DNA from: a virus
IMG/VR virus record: IMGVR_UViG_3300027754_003435
DNA length: 64,000 nt
Direction: 5' to 3' (one strand)
Shown here piece by piece: positions 31,001-40,420 of the stretch; the stretch's first letter is position 1; each line of letters opens with the position of its first letter. A program made the position numbers and the translations under genes. Below the pieces are notes generated by a model, which saw only the letters and a program-made list of their open reading frames with translations, made no database searches and was not told the origin of the DNA.

Positions 31001-31473
31001 ATATTAACGTACTTGTCATATAATGTGGCACCAGAAATTACTCTTCCAAACAATAATATTGATTTAGTTGTATTTGCTTTCAAATAAGTAGAGAATGAAC
31101 CAAGAGTCTGTGCTACTAAATTTTCATTATCACCTACAATTCCAGCTGATTTAGTTCGCCAATATTCGTCATAATCAGCCAATAATGATGCTAAAGGAAG
31201 CCAAGCGTACGAATCTCTCACTATAATGTTAAGAGTGTTTCCCTGACCATCATCTGGTGTATATCCCTGTGTAAAATTTTCAAATGTTTTCGCTTGGTCA
31301 AACTGTGTAAGCCAGTTTAGATAATTGGTGTTAAATCCACCCGTTGTTTCTATAGTGGGCCATGTAGTATACTTTGGAAAAGTAGAATATGGTTGATTAG
31401 CACCATAATAATTTAATGCACTAAGTATACTATTGGTGAAACCATCAAAACTACAACAACTATAAATGGCCAT
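28024..31473 (-). CDS. Large virion protein, Cys-rich middle, C-terminal paralog-family domain
   Basis: C-terminal ~330 aa homologous to 31484-32587 and 32593-33696; STTGA linker. Confidence 0.75.
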   Translation of the reverse strand: MAIYSCCSFDGFTNSILSALNYYGANQPYSTFPKYTTWPTIETTGGFNTNYLNWLTQFDQAKTFENFTQGYTPDDGQGNTLNIIVRDSYAWLPLASLLADYDEYWRTKSAGIVGDNENLVAQTLGSFSTYLKANTTKSILLFGRVISGATLYDKYVNIINSPELTSPAGIAGTNDTLRIRSYDETKRLISNFLNAPALYVATTTTSTTTSTASTTGAASTTGAASTTGAVSTTGAVSTTGAVSTTGVAACRYTFTVKQKQTTQKASISGVTIPGPCQLYIDIWRCCSTSGQNLFPTPELIATDKIVATSKIAYKQDACPGNPNKDRITWQYYYDFDEVSAGINTALNVTDAAGFNDLEYINENLKNNIKVFVNNNPVVDGWKTDCAAWLAASPKSFTFDAKIREIDHTHQWKTDIVNSGAMGKLEHLLNQAVYLADTDIKKDANAFGGGLLVETENGAVYAKCTGASGVSDCTATQGGGGSGVPPATSNDCANREYWAVYSELSNETFESSYVDYPIIAGLIKKRDGTPGYVDDTGLMLAIYNEGITRYSPYLAFEAFDDGSLIQTRIALPTNPCLTGILSRFQRGVKRKRIRIFKIKCRITEQELPYRKESDIGYQYMLDALNGKLPNSIPIVALKSDTGKFLTTTDGYYYALDEVVMALNIPSRQPDDGTFIAYDSIQFNPFGECEQFITKDFETEYKTDPTNPCGCTEIEVRTNYLTYPALSYDHPILGDGYYKRKKERKRATKPTAPTDIARNPYGLTDGQELTGATRQKDDCFDKANKVQHPFLFGTDVLTAVVKDTKRGLFGASASLDCYYTSSTQYTASTAYYYEVTDCDTCGKTPYFAVTYGNHNGSGSLATGYNNRDSVSRAIYSQYRLLSMESTEKYYSFYNSGTLETPNDIYVINFNRNGISDQLNVGNFQINLAALSGSGIVNSQHTGSKVKVSGSTPIILSLIDNSSEILGDTVCSDTETTYYDIVSGSISSGVHSSGTGSIYTNLAITTYGKVYPNLGVIVLDSSKLNSYLTFNTVTGSNILGDNSYKLFTSISGAAAMGYPMQARSVTRKTTNHYFVRVANSDSNYSNNPTYTYDDSANIGKIKNACFINDPMTYITTIGLYNKDRELLAIAKLSKPIKKTKENDILIKIRLNW
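30734..30841. repeat. 18-nt coding tandem repeat, 6 units (A/V-S-T-T-G-A linker)
   Basis: GCACCAGTTGT(A/G)GAA(G/A)CA-type units. Confidence 0.95.
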
Positions 31474-31483
31474 AATATATTCC

Positions 31484-32587
31484 TTAGTAATCTAATTTAA
31501 CTTTAATAATAACTTCTCTATCAAATGATTTTTGAATTGGTTTACTTAATTTTGCAATAGCAAGTAAGTTTCCTGAATCATCGTATAAACCGATAGTAGT
31601 TATATAAACTTTTGGATCTTCTCTCATTCGTTGGAATTTTATTTTGTAATTTGAATCCAAGAAACTTGAATTTGTGGTGTAATTATATTCATTGGAATAT
31701 ATTCTAACAAAATAATATGCAGAAGAAACCACTTCACTCGTTCTACCTTGAAATGAATGTGTAGTTGGACTATAAGCAATAGCACCACTTACAGAATTAA
31801 AGAAACGATAAGCACTATTATCACCCCACATAGATCCAGTATATGTATTTTGAGATACAGTTGGAACGTAAGACCGAGATGTGTAATATGAAGCAGAAGC
31901 ATCGAGTGCTTTACCATTTAATACAATAACACCATTATCTGGATAGAATAAACCCCAAGGTGTATTTGCATATGTACCAGTATAAAGACCGTCTTTCAAA
32001 CTACCACTACGAACACTATACACTCTACCGCCCTGTTGAGCCAACGCTGTAGTTGAAGTACCAGAATCATCTATTAAAGTAATAATATCAGCGTTGGATG
32101 CTATACTAGCAGAACCCTTTCCAGTCAATTTAGAGAGTGACAACTGCCATGTATTTGTATCCATTCTATCTTTAAATCTTGAACGGTTTACATTTACAAC
32201 ATATATATGTTCCGATGTTTGAATTGTACCATCGTTGTACGGAAACTCAAATAAATCAACACCAGAGTTAAGAAGTAATCTTTTATATTGTGAATAAATT
32301 GCTCTCGTGGGGTAATCATAATCTGAAACATTGTAAGAACCAGTAGAAGAACCACTACCTGGATAATCACCATACGTAAGACTAAATTGAGACTCAGAAC
32401 CTTGTATATACGATTGTGTATTGTAAACTTCATAGAAGTATCTTTTTTGAGTATTGGATTGTTCAGAACTCGTATAAACACTATACAAACCAAATGAATT
32501 ACCAGACCATAACGGAGCTGAAACCAATTCTCTTGCACTTATATTTTTTGCATTATCTGTAAACGACTTATAAGTATAATTTGCCAT
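31484..32587 (-). CDS. Virion structural protein, paralog family member
   Basis: RAIYSQY, TLIDDS, VYITTIGLYDDSGNLLAIAKLSKPIQK. Confidence 0.75.
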   Translation of the reverse strand: MANYTYKSFTDNAKNISARELVSAPLWSGNSFGLYSVYTSSEQSNTQKRYFYEVYNTQSYIQGSESQFSLTYGDYPGSGSSTGSYNVSDYDYPTRAIYSQYKRLLLNSGVDLFEFPYNDGTIQTSEHIYVVNVNRSRFKDRMDTNTWQLSLSKLTGKGSASIASNADIITLIDDSGTSTTALAQQGGRVYSVRSGSLKDGLYTGTYANTPWGLFYPDNGVIVLNGKALDASASYYTSRSYVPTVSQNTYTGSMWGDNSAYRFFNSVSGAIAYSPTTHSFQGRTSEVVSSAYYFVRIYSNEYNYTTNSSFLDSNYKIKFQRMREDPKVYITTIGLYDDSGNLLAIAKLSKPIQKSFDREVIIKVKLDY

Positions 32588-32592
32588 ACCTT

Positions 32593-33696
32593 TTAATACT
32601 CCAATTTAACAGTAATTGATAATTCGGTATTTGGTGTTTTTAATACTGGTCTACTCATCTTACCAACTGCCACTAAGTCATAACCGCCAGTATTATTCTG
32701 TACGTACAAACCAATAGTTGTTATGTAAACTTTAGGAGCATCTACAAATCTTGTATTAAGAATTTTACCTTGCGTAGTAGACAGTTGACTCACATACGTA
32801 GGATTATTAGTATGATTGAAAGAATCAGTTGGTATGGTTACAAAGTAATATAATTCATTTTTGTTTTTAACTGACCTTGCGGTAAATCCAACTGGTGAAG
32901 AAACTGCCGCTGCACCACTTATTGCTGTAAACAATTTATAAGCATTATCACCTGCAATGTTACTACCAGTAACCGTATTAAAAGAAGCAGATTGATTTAA
33001 TTTTTCTGCTGATATTAATAGTGTTCCTTGACTTGGAAATACTTTACCATAATAATGTGGGTTAGTAGAGTTATATATACCGTTGGTTAAACTACCACTA
33101 ACTAAATGTCTTACAATTGAAGTTTGAGATGGGTATTCACTTGCATCGTTCAAGTCATTAGAATCATCTATCAATGATATATACTTTTGTGTTGCACCTG
33201 AACCTGAAACTTTAACCTTACTGCCAGTATGTTGTGAATTCACTATTCCACTACCAGAAAGTATTGCTATATTTACTTGAAAATTACCTGGATCTAATTT
33301 ATCACCAAATTTATCTCTATTAATGTTAATAGCATAAAAATCGGTCATTGCAGCACCATTAGAACTAGACATAATTAGTCCAGTTTCATTGCCGTCTAAA
33401 CACAATAATTTATATTGTGAATAAATTGCTCTAGCTGCAGTATCATTTACATCACCACCTTGATTTATAGAACCAGAACCACTAACATGACCGTATGCTA
33501 CTGAAAACATTCTTTCATCGTTACATGATAATGAAGCAGATCCCCATACTTCATAATAGTATTCAAGTGATGCTGTATTTTGTGTTGAACTTGTAAAAAA
33601 AGTTAGAAGTTCGCCAGTATTAGTTTCCCATAAACCACGGGCATAAGCAATTGTTTTTGCCGAAGGCGCTTTTCTAACTGAACCAAAATAACTCAT
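32593..33696 (-). CDS. Virion structural protein, paralog family member
   Basis: RAIYSQY, SLIDDS, VYITTIGLY...LVAVGKMSRPVLK. Confidence 0.75.
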   Translation of the reverse strand: MSYFGSVRKAPSAKTIAYARGLWETNTGELLTFFTSSTQNTASLEYYYEVWGSASLSCNDERMFSVAYGHVSGSGSINQGGDVNDTAARAIYSQYKLLCLDGNETGLIMSSSNGAAMTDFYAININRDKFGDKLDPGNFQVNIAILSGSGIVNSQHTGSKVKVSGSGATQKYISLIDDSNDLNDASEYPSQTSIVRHLVSGSLTNGIYNSTNPHYYGKVFPSQGTLLISAEKLNQSASFNTVTGSNIAGDNAYKLFTAISGAAAVSSPVGFTARSVKNKNELYYFVTIPTDSFNHTNNPTYVSQLSTTQGKILNTRFVDAPKVYITTIGLYVQNNTGGYDLVAVGKMSRPVLKTPNTELSITVKLEY

Positions 33697-33743
33697 AGTG
33701 TATATCCATTTATAACTAAATCAATAAAATATTATTTTTAATT

Positions 33744-34388
33744 TTAAGCAACTGCTTGTATTGTAACAGGAACAACAACTCTTGAACCGTAGATATTATG
33801 TGTAATAATAATTTTAGTTGTTTTTGGTGTAGAGAATGTTGTTGAATCATACGCTGCTTTTAATTTGACTAACGGAGTACTAGTAACATTTGACCAAGTT
33901 TTTGATAAACCAGATGTTCGCCCTGCTCCAATTTCCGTTATATCTAAGTATGTAGTGTCTAACAATTGTATGGTGTACGGTCCTTGTGGAACAGGTGCAC
34001 CAGGCGATGAAGACCATTGTTTTGTTGAAACAGTCATTATTTGCTCTGGAATACTTTGGGTGCCAGAACCAACAATTAAAGTTACAGATGTTGGTGCAAC
34101 TTCCAAATAAGGAATACTCTCAGTTCCTGCATCTAATGTAATAAGTTTATATTTCATAGATTGTGTTTCATCGGGAACGGCTTCTGTTATCGGAAGATTT
34201 TCAATAACAACACCCATTTTTGCATCACCAAGTGGATGATTCTGATTCCAAAGATCGTAATCAATCTCATCATCGGCTAAAGCAAATTGTGTTATATTAA
34301 ATGCGTTACCACCCTGTGCGAGTAACTCTCTGCCTTTTTTTGTAAGAATTGCGTCTACTGTAACCGTAGTGTTGTTTAAATATCCCAT
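33744..34388 (-). CDS. Virion protein with N-terminus resembling tail-collar/fibre baseplate-attachment domains
   Basis: AILTKKGRELLAQG...ITQFALADD resembles the P2 gpH N-terminal pattern. Confidence 0.55.
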   Translation of the reverse strand: MGYLNNTTVTVDAILTKKGRELLAQGGNAFNITQFALADDEIDYDLWNQNHPLGDAKMGVVIENLPITEAVPDETQSMKYKLITLDAGTESIPYLEVAPTSVTLIVGSGTQSIPEQIMTVSTKQWSSSPGAPVPQGPYTIQLLDTTYLDITEIGAGRTSGLSKTWSNVTSTPLVKLKAAYDSTTFSTPKTTKIIITHNIYGSRVVVPVTIQAVA

Positions 34389-34488
34389 TTGAAACTCCTT
34401 TTTATAAAACTTGTTTAGTACTACTATAAATATAAGAAATAAAACAAAATAAATTATTTTCTAAGATTTTTATTTATGTTTAATTTCA

Positions 34489-37400
34489 TTAAATTTGTTT
34501 CTTTCTTTTCAGATATTGACACCTACCTATATCCAATGTTGGATAATATTCTGCCCATAAAGTTTCACATGGTAATAGTAAAACGATAACCGGTGACGGA
34601 TCATTTAAAATAAACGAATTACCATCATATCCAGTAGGTTTCCACATAGGAAATGAAACAGAAGTATATGTTACCTTGCAGCCTTCAAATCTGTTTCTTC
34701 TCTGAGGTGTTGGGTAATTGTTAGGATTCATTAGACTCGAAGTTACATAATCAAATGAATTCCAATTTGAAGCAGCAATATCGATTGGTTCTGTAAAATA
34801 GAATTTGAATGCATCGTAATAATTATCTTGCCTATATGATTGTATAGATTCAAAATATGCAGTTGCCTTTGAAACATCATTATCAGTAAAATACCAATTA
34901 CCATTATTATATGTTGCATTTTGTCTTGCATAAGTATTACCAAATGTAGCGTCTATTATACCAGAATAATTATAAGAATTAAAACTACCCACCAAATTAA
35001 CAACATTTGATATTGTTGTAGAATATTGATTATATTCAAAAGCCAAAGATTTTTGAGACACATTTATAGTAGGATTAAATATTTGATATGTTCCAATTAA
35101 AGTATCTGATTGTTTATACATCGTACTTACTATATTTTGTATGTCAGCACTTGATGTTAGTTCAGTATTAATTTCTGTTTCTATATCATCAAATTGAGTA
35201 TCAAATTCAGTTATAATATCAATTTCACCATCAAAATCTTTTATGTCAGATTCATTAACATCAAATCCAATTAAAACAGAAGTAATTTTTGATGTAACTT
35301 CCGATGTTGGTTTTGGTGTTTTAACCAATTCAGTAGTTTCATGTACAAATTTTTCAGGAGACTCAGCAGTAAAATCACGATATGTACTTACTTTCGAGCG
35401 TTCTAATATATTTGGCTCTATGACTAACCCAAGAATCTCTTGAACTCTTGCAGGCAATGTTTGACGTATTTGATCGAATATACTAAAATCATATATAGAA
35501 ATTAAATTTATGTATGAGTTTATATCATTTTTGTTTTTATATTTTTTCCAATATTCACTTGCAAACCATTTTAACTTTGGATATTCATCTTTTTTTACGT
35601 TTTCATATTCACCAAAATAATCGTCTATCCAAGTATTACCGATTGCAGAATAAATATCTTCATTTATCATAGTTTGTGGTGAAAACGCAACCATTAATTT
35701 ATTTGAATCTAAAGAATATCTATCAAATGAAGTTAATGCAACAGAGTTTTCTGGCTGTAAAGGTCCAATTAACGTAGCGGAATCAATACGCACTTTTTCA
35801 GAAAATGGTGTATTTGAACCAACAGTTGCAACAGCCATATTGTAACTTTCAACTATAGATTCAAATGAACTCGAAGTAAATCCATAAAGATTAGCAGATT
35901 TTGAAGAGCTATAAAAAGTTGATTTATCACTATTTGGGTGATTACTTTGTATACTTGAAGTTGCTGCAGCATCAAACGGTTTCCAAAATTTGAACTGTGC
36001 TTGTAAATCGTAAAACGATGAAGTTGGTGTATTACCGTTATATGACCTTGCAGACAAAACATGATCATCAAATGCTGATGATGTTAACTGATTTGTCCAG
36101 TATCTTAATTCATAAATAGAACCAGATAAAATATTATTTGTTTGTGGATTTGATCCAGAACCAATAAATAATTGTCCATCGGATGACCAGGCTCTGTTAT
36201 AACTTCCACTTAAACTTCCACTAACAATAATAGAAGCGGATGCTTCAACTGCTAATTTTCCATATTTTGATGTTTTTAAAAAGAAATCATATTTTTGATT
36301 GGAAGCGGTTAAATCGGTTGATACACTTCTTCTAATCATAATGTTTAACGGAACATCATCATACAGATATTGGTCTGTAATTGAAGCAGATTTATATGCA
36401 CTGGCCCCATCGTGCATATGGAAAGTTAAACTTCCTTTTTCTGGATCTGTACCATTTTTGTTTATACTAACATACCAATCTAATCTACTACCTGATTGTT
36501 TTTGAAGAACAGTTTGAATCGGATCGTTTTGATAAGCATAATTTATTTCTGGATCCATTTTCCAACGAAATGTTAAAGTATCTGGATATTGCCAACTACC
36601 ATATTCGTTACTTACACGTTCCCATGGAACTCTTACATATTGAGTTTGAGTTGGTAATGGATATGAACTATGAAAGTTTAGATAATAAGTATATTTTGGA
36701 ACTTCATACCGTGGAGTAATACCTAAATCTGCATTATCTGGACCACCAAATTCTCTTATAGTTAATATTGTTTCCGGGATACCATAGGCAGACAGTAAAG
36801 CTCGTATCGATCTCGCAGTACCTTTTGTTTTGTATATGTAAGGTAAATTATTAAATATTCTACGCCAAACTTCTTTTGTACGGTCTTCTTCAGATCTAGA
36901 TAAATTTTTATCTATTGTTGTTGAATTAGTCCAAATTGGATCACCACTACCACTCAATCCAAGTCCATATTCCCATAAATCTTTTGTTTGTGTACCACTA
37001 TTTAATGTCCAACCTAAATTTTTAGTTACTTCGTATATTAAATCCTGAGATAAGCCATCTTTCGGATGTTGTTCTCTTAAATTTTTCTTTAACAAATGAT
37101 TTGTATAAAAATACATAATATCAAAATGCTGACCAATCATATTTACAAATGTTATAAATTGATCGTTATCATTTGATTCTCGTATATGTTCTGGAATTGC
37201 AAAAAGTAAACTATTATAATTATTTTTATCATAATCAGTTGCTACTTCTAAAAGAGAAGAGTACCAATCATCTACTGTACTCGATGTTATTGGATATAAT
37301 TTATATTTACCTTCAACTGTAGCTATTGAATAATCACTACCTGTTACTTCATATTTTGGATATGGAGTTATAGAAGATGAATTTTGTGAAGTATAATAGT

Positions 37401-38526
37401 TACTACCAGTTGTTTCATAATATAACCACTTTTCAAAATCATCAAACGCACTTACTAATTTATCACGTAATACTTTAACTTTTACTTTATTAACTTCAAG
37501 TGAACCAGTATAACTGTTCAAGTTACTTAGTTGTGTATTATATGATTCTACTAATTGTAATTTATATACAAAATTTTCTACTCTACCTTCTGCCGAAGAA
37601 TAAAAAACAAAATTTTCAAATTCTCTAAAATTCAAATTCAATTTAATAGAAGAGCCAGAATTAATATATTTGTTTAATAGTTCCTGCGACGTTTGCGCGT
37701 TTGTATCTAATAATTCATTCCAAGATTTATAGTCAGTTTCAGATGTAGTCCAATATCCGTAATCAACTTCAAAGTTTGGACCAGAAATAAATTTAGGTAA
37801 TGCTAACTTTTCCTCACGTATTCTAACCACATTGTCTATATATGGCTTCATAATTTCAATTGAAAGCCAGCACTCAAAGTATAAATCTAAATCACTTGGT
37901 AATTCATCTAAAAGTTTAACATAGAAGTAGTCCGTGTTTCCGTCTGATGTTACATTTACAACACTTAATATATTATTTTGACCAAAATTAAGAATAACAG
38001 GAGAAATATATTTTGTGCCAGACATATATTGTAAAACAAAAGATGCTAAATTATCTCTTGAAACTTTATCTTCTGGATTTGTCAATGTTAATCGTAATTC
38101 TTTTCTGTTTGGTGAAATGTCAGAAATAAATAATCTATTTACTTGTTCATTGGTATTATTACTAGAATACCCAATAAGATTTCTAAAAAAATTATAAACA
38201 ATTTTATAAGTACCAGGAACAATTTTAGCTCGTTCTAAATGTTTATGAACATCCAACAAAACATAATTTCGAGATGACCCATCTATTATTTTATTTTGAA
38301 TTGAATAGTCTGCGTTATATAAAGTGTCAACATAAGCGCCATTATGTAAAAATACATGAAATTCAACATTAGTATTAGGAGTAGTTGGATCTTCTACATT
38401 AGATATACTTTCAAATTTAGGTATAATTATTTTCCCATTCAATCTATTTACATTGAATCTATTACCACGAATTGGATCGCTAGTAGATAGTATTTGACTT
38501 ATGTTTTTATAGATAAAAGTTGGCAT
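34489..38526 (-). CDS. Large baseplate wedge protein (gp7/P2 gpI-like)
   Basis: YKTKGTARSIRALLSAYG segment; position in the baseplate cluster. Confidence 0.6.
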   Translation of the reverse strand: MPTFIYKNISQILSTSDPIRGNRFNVNRLNGKIIIPKFESISNVEDPTTPNTNVEFHVFLHNGAYVDTLYNADYSIQNKIIDGSSRNYVLLDVHKHLERAKIVPGTYKIVYNFFRNLIGYSSNNTNEQVNRLFISDISPNRKELRLTLTNPEDKVSRDNLASFVLQYMSGTKYISPVILNFGQNNILSVVNVTSDGNTDYFYVKLLDELPSDLDLYFECWLSIEIMKPYIDNVVRIREEKLALPKFISGPNFEVDYGYWTTSETDYKSWNELLDTNAQTSQELLNKYINSGSSIKLNLNFREFENFVFYSSAEGRVENFVYKLQLVESYNTQLSNLNSYTGSLEVNKVKVKVLRDKLVSAFDDFEKWLYYETTGSNYYTSQNSSSITPYPKYEVTGSDYSIATVEGKYKLYPITSSTVDDWYSSLLEVATDYDKNNYNSLLFAIPEHIRESNDNDQFITFVNMIGQHFDIMYFYTNHLLKKNLREQHPKDGLSQDLIYEVTKNLGWTLNSGTQTKDLWEYGLGLSGSGDPIWTNSTTIDKNLSRSEEDRTKEVWRRIFNNLPYIYKTKGTARSIRALLSAYGIPETILTIREFGGPDNADLGITPRYEVPKYTYYLNFHSSYPLPTQTQYVRVPWERVSNEYGSWQYPDTLTFRWKMDPEINYAYQNDPIQTVLQKQSGSRLDWYVSINKNGTDPEKGSLTFHMHDGASAYKSASITDQYLYDDVPLNIMIRRSVSTDLTASNQKYDFFLKTSKYGKLAVEASASIIVSGSLSGSYNRAWSSDGQLFIGSGSNPQTNNILSGSIYELRYWTNQLTSSAFDDHVLSARSYNGNTPTSSFYDLQAQFKFWKPFDAAATSSIQSNHPNSDKSTFYSSSKSANLYGFTSSSFESIVESYNMAVATVGSNTPFSEKVRIDSATLIGPLQPENSVALTSFDRYSLDSNKLMVAFSPQTMINEDIYSAIGNTWIDDYFGEYENVKKDEYPKLKWFASEYWKKYKNKNDINSYINLISIYDFSIFDQIRQTLPARVQEILGLVIEPNILERSKVSTYRDFTAESPEKFVHETTELVKTPKPTSEVTSKITSVLIGFDVNESDIKDFDGEIDIITEFDTQFDDIETEINTELTSSADIQNIVSTMYKQSDTLIGTYQIFNPTINVSQKSLAFEYNQYSTTISNVVNLVGSFNSYNYSGIIDATFGNTYARQNATYNNGNWYFTDNDVSKATAYFESIQSYRQDNYYDAFKFYFTEPIDIAASNWNSFDYVTSSLMNPNNYPTPQRRNRFEGCKVTYTSVSFPMWKPTGYDGNSFILNDPSPVIVLLLPCETLWAEYYPTLDIGRCQYLKRKKQI

Positions 38527-38534
38527 ACTCTATA

Positions 38535-39251
38535 TTAACCCCCCTTTGATATTGCATCGTTTAATGATGGTAAGTTGGAAGATTTTCTTATTCTATCAGT
38601 TTCTAATGTAATTTGTTCGAGTGATGTGTTAACTTCTTTTGCAAAACCAGAGAAGTTGTCTTTGAATGCGTCCGCTTGATTTGTAACATCATTACTTAAT
38701 TTATCAAGAGTGTCTTCTTGTTGTTTCTGTAACTCTACGTTTATATCTGAGAGTTTATCTATTCCAACGCCTAAACGTGTTAATTCCACTCCCCATTCTT
38801 TCATAGAAGCCATGTATTTAGTTTCTTCATTATATAAACCTTCAATATGAAGACTCTTTCTTTTAATATCGTCTTGTAGGTCTGATATTTTATTTTTAAG
38901 TGCAGCAATAGAATTATCATTATCTTTTATAAGATTAGCCAAATTAGAGAATAATTCATTCTTAGCAATATTTGTTATGTCTGCAATATCATTTCGTGTA
39001 AGATTACCTAATAATCCAGGTTGAGTATATAAAACTTTTTCATAATCTTTAAGTAGTGTTAATGCTCTCTCTTCTGCAGTTATTGCAGATGGCATACTAT
39101 CAAACTCAGATTTAATTATACGTCTAAAATCCGTTGTTAAAAATCTTTGATCAACAACTGGAATTTCTAATTGTCCACTATTTTGTTTACCACTATTAGC
39201 AGAGTAATTTATTATTTTATTCGTTCCAACTTCTCTAACTAATTCACTCAT
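38535..39251 (-). CDS. Coiled-coil hypothetical virion protein
   Basis: Long heptad pattern; baseplate cluster. Confidence 0.55.
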   Translation of the reverse strand: MSELVREVGTNKIINYSANSGKQNSGQLEIPVVDQRFLTTDFRRIIKSEFDSMPSAITAEERALTLLKDYEKVLYTQPGLLGNLTRNDIADITNIAKNELFSNLANLIKDNDNSIAALKNKISDLQDDIKRKSLHIEGLYNEETKYMASMKEWGVELTRLGVGIDKLSDINVELQKQQEDTLDKLSNDVTNQADAFKDNFSGFAKEVNTSLEQITLETDRIRKSSNLPSLNDAISKGG

Positions 39252-40420
39252 CGTGTTACCTTAAAGTAGTAATTATTATCAAATAATTGTACTGTATTTC
39301 CACTATTCATTTCAGTTTTTACAACTACTCTATAAAATCGTTCTGGTTGAAATGAATCCATCCATAAGTTAAAGTAACTACTTGTCCCATCGCAACTTAT
39401 TTTAGAACCAGATATATCAAACGGTAAAATTATCTCATCTGTATGTGCATCTCTTACTTCATAGTATGAGGATGATGGTAAATGATAGTTTATTGTTTGA
39501 TATGATTGAGTTGTATAATTTTTTTCTGGATATTTTTTATTTGCATAAATTCTTATTTTAGCTTTTTCGGTTTGTGCATAAAATTTGTTAAGTTTAACAT
39601 TTATATTTAAACCGTCATCTGAAACTGGTTTTAAACTTCCAGTAATAAATATAGAATCATCCCACACCACATTTAGACGTGGAACATATATTGTATTACT
39701 ATCTGTTCCAAAAAATTTAAGTCCAACTATACTATCCCGTAAACTTTCAATTTCATCACTAAACTTAATAAGTATACCGTCATTTTCAAAACGTCCAGAT
39801 CCAGTAATCCATTTTTTAACGATGTTTGTAACATTCATATAAACATCAGAAGTTTGAAATGAAAACGATTGAGTACATTCTAAATTATCATAATCCCACC
39901 AAGTACCACCCCCCTCGTTTGTAAAATAAGAAGAAGTAACATCTGCTGCAAGGTTTACACCAAATAAAATATTAGCGTCAACCCAAGTCATTGAAAGATT
40001 ATCCCATTCAAAATTTTTAATTGTAGGTGGAATATCCCATTCAGTACCTACTGTCTTTGATGTTCTGTATTTCCAAGAAACACCATTTGTAGTAATTGGA
40101 TTATTTCCCCATCTGCCAGTTCCATTGGTCCATGATGAACTAAGTGGATATGCGTAAATAGTATATTCTTGTGGTATTTCTCGCACATCCGCTGTTACTA
40201 ATGACAGGTAGTATTTAGCGTTACTTGATATTTTACCCAAATTTACATTTGCTTCTATATTCGATACGTCAAATTTTAGTAAAGCTCTTGTATTATATAT
40301 AGAAGAACCAGATGTAATAGACTCATGTGATATTTCCAACATAGAATCTATACCCGTATTCATATCTATAGATTTTTCATATATAGTGGCGTCTCTTTGT
40401 GCAAAAATTGAATATATCAT
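39248..40420 (-). CDS. Virion protein with DNRLRE-like beta-sandwich
   Basis: RDATIYE...N.G...MLEI...TRALLKFDVS pattern. Confidence 0.55.
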   Translation of the reverse strand: MIYSIFAQRDATIYEKSIDMNTGIDSMLEISHESITSGSSIYNTRALLKFDVSNIEANVNLGKISSNAKYYLSLVTADVREIPQEYTIYAYPLSSSWTNGTGRWGNNPITTNGVSWKYRTSKTVGTEWDIPPTIKNFEWDNLSMTWVDANILFGVNLAADVTSSYFTNEGGGTWWDYDNLECTQSFSFQTSDVYMNVTNIVKKWITGSGRFENDGILIKFSDEIESLRDSIVGLKFFGTDSNTIYVPRLNVVWDDSIFITGSLKPVSDDGLNINVKLNKFYAQTEKAKIRIYANKKYPEKNYTTQSYQTINYHLPSSSYYEVRDAHTDEIILPFDISGSKISCDGTSSYFNLWMDSFQPERFYRVVVKTEMNSGNTVQLFDNNYYFKVTR

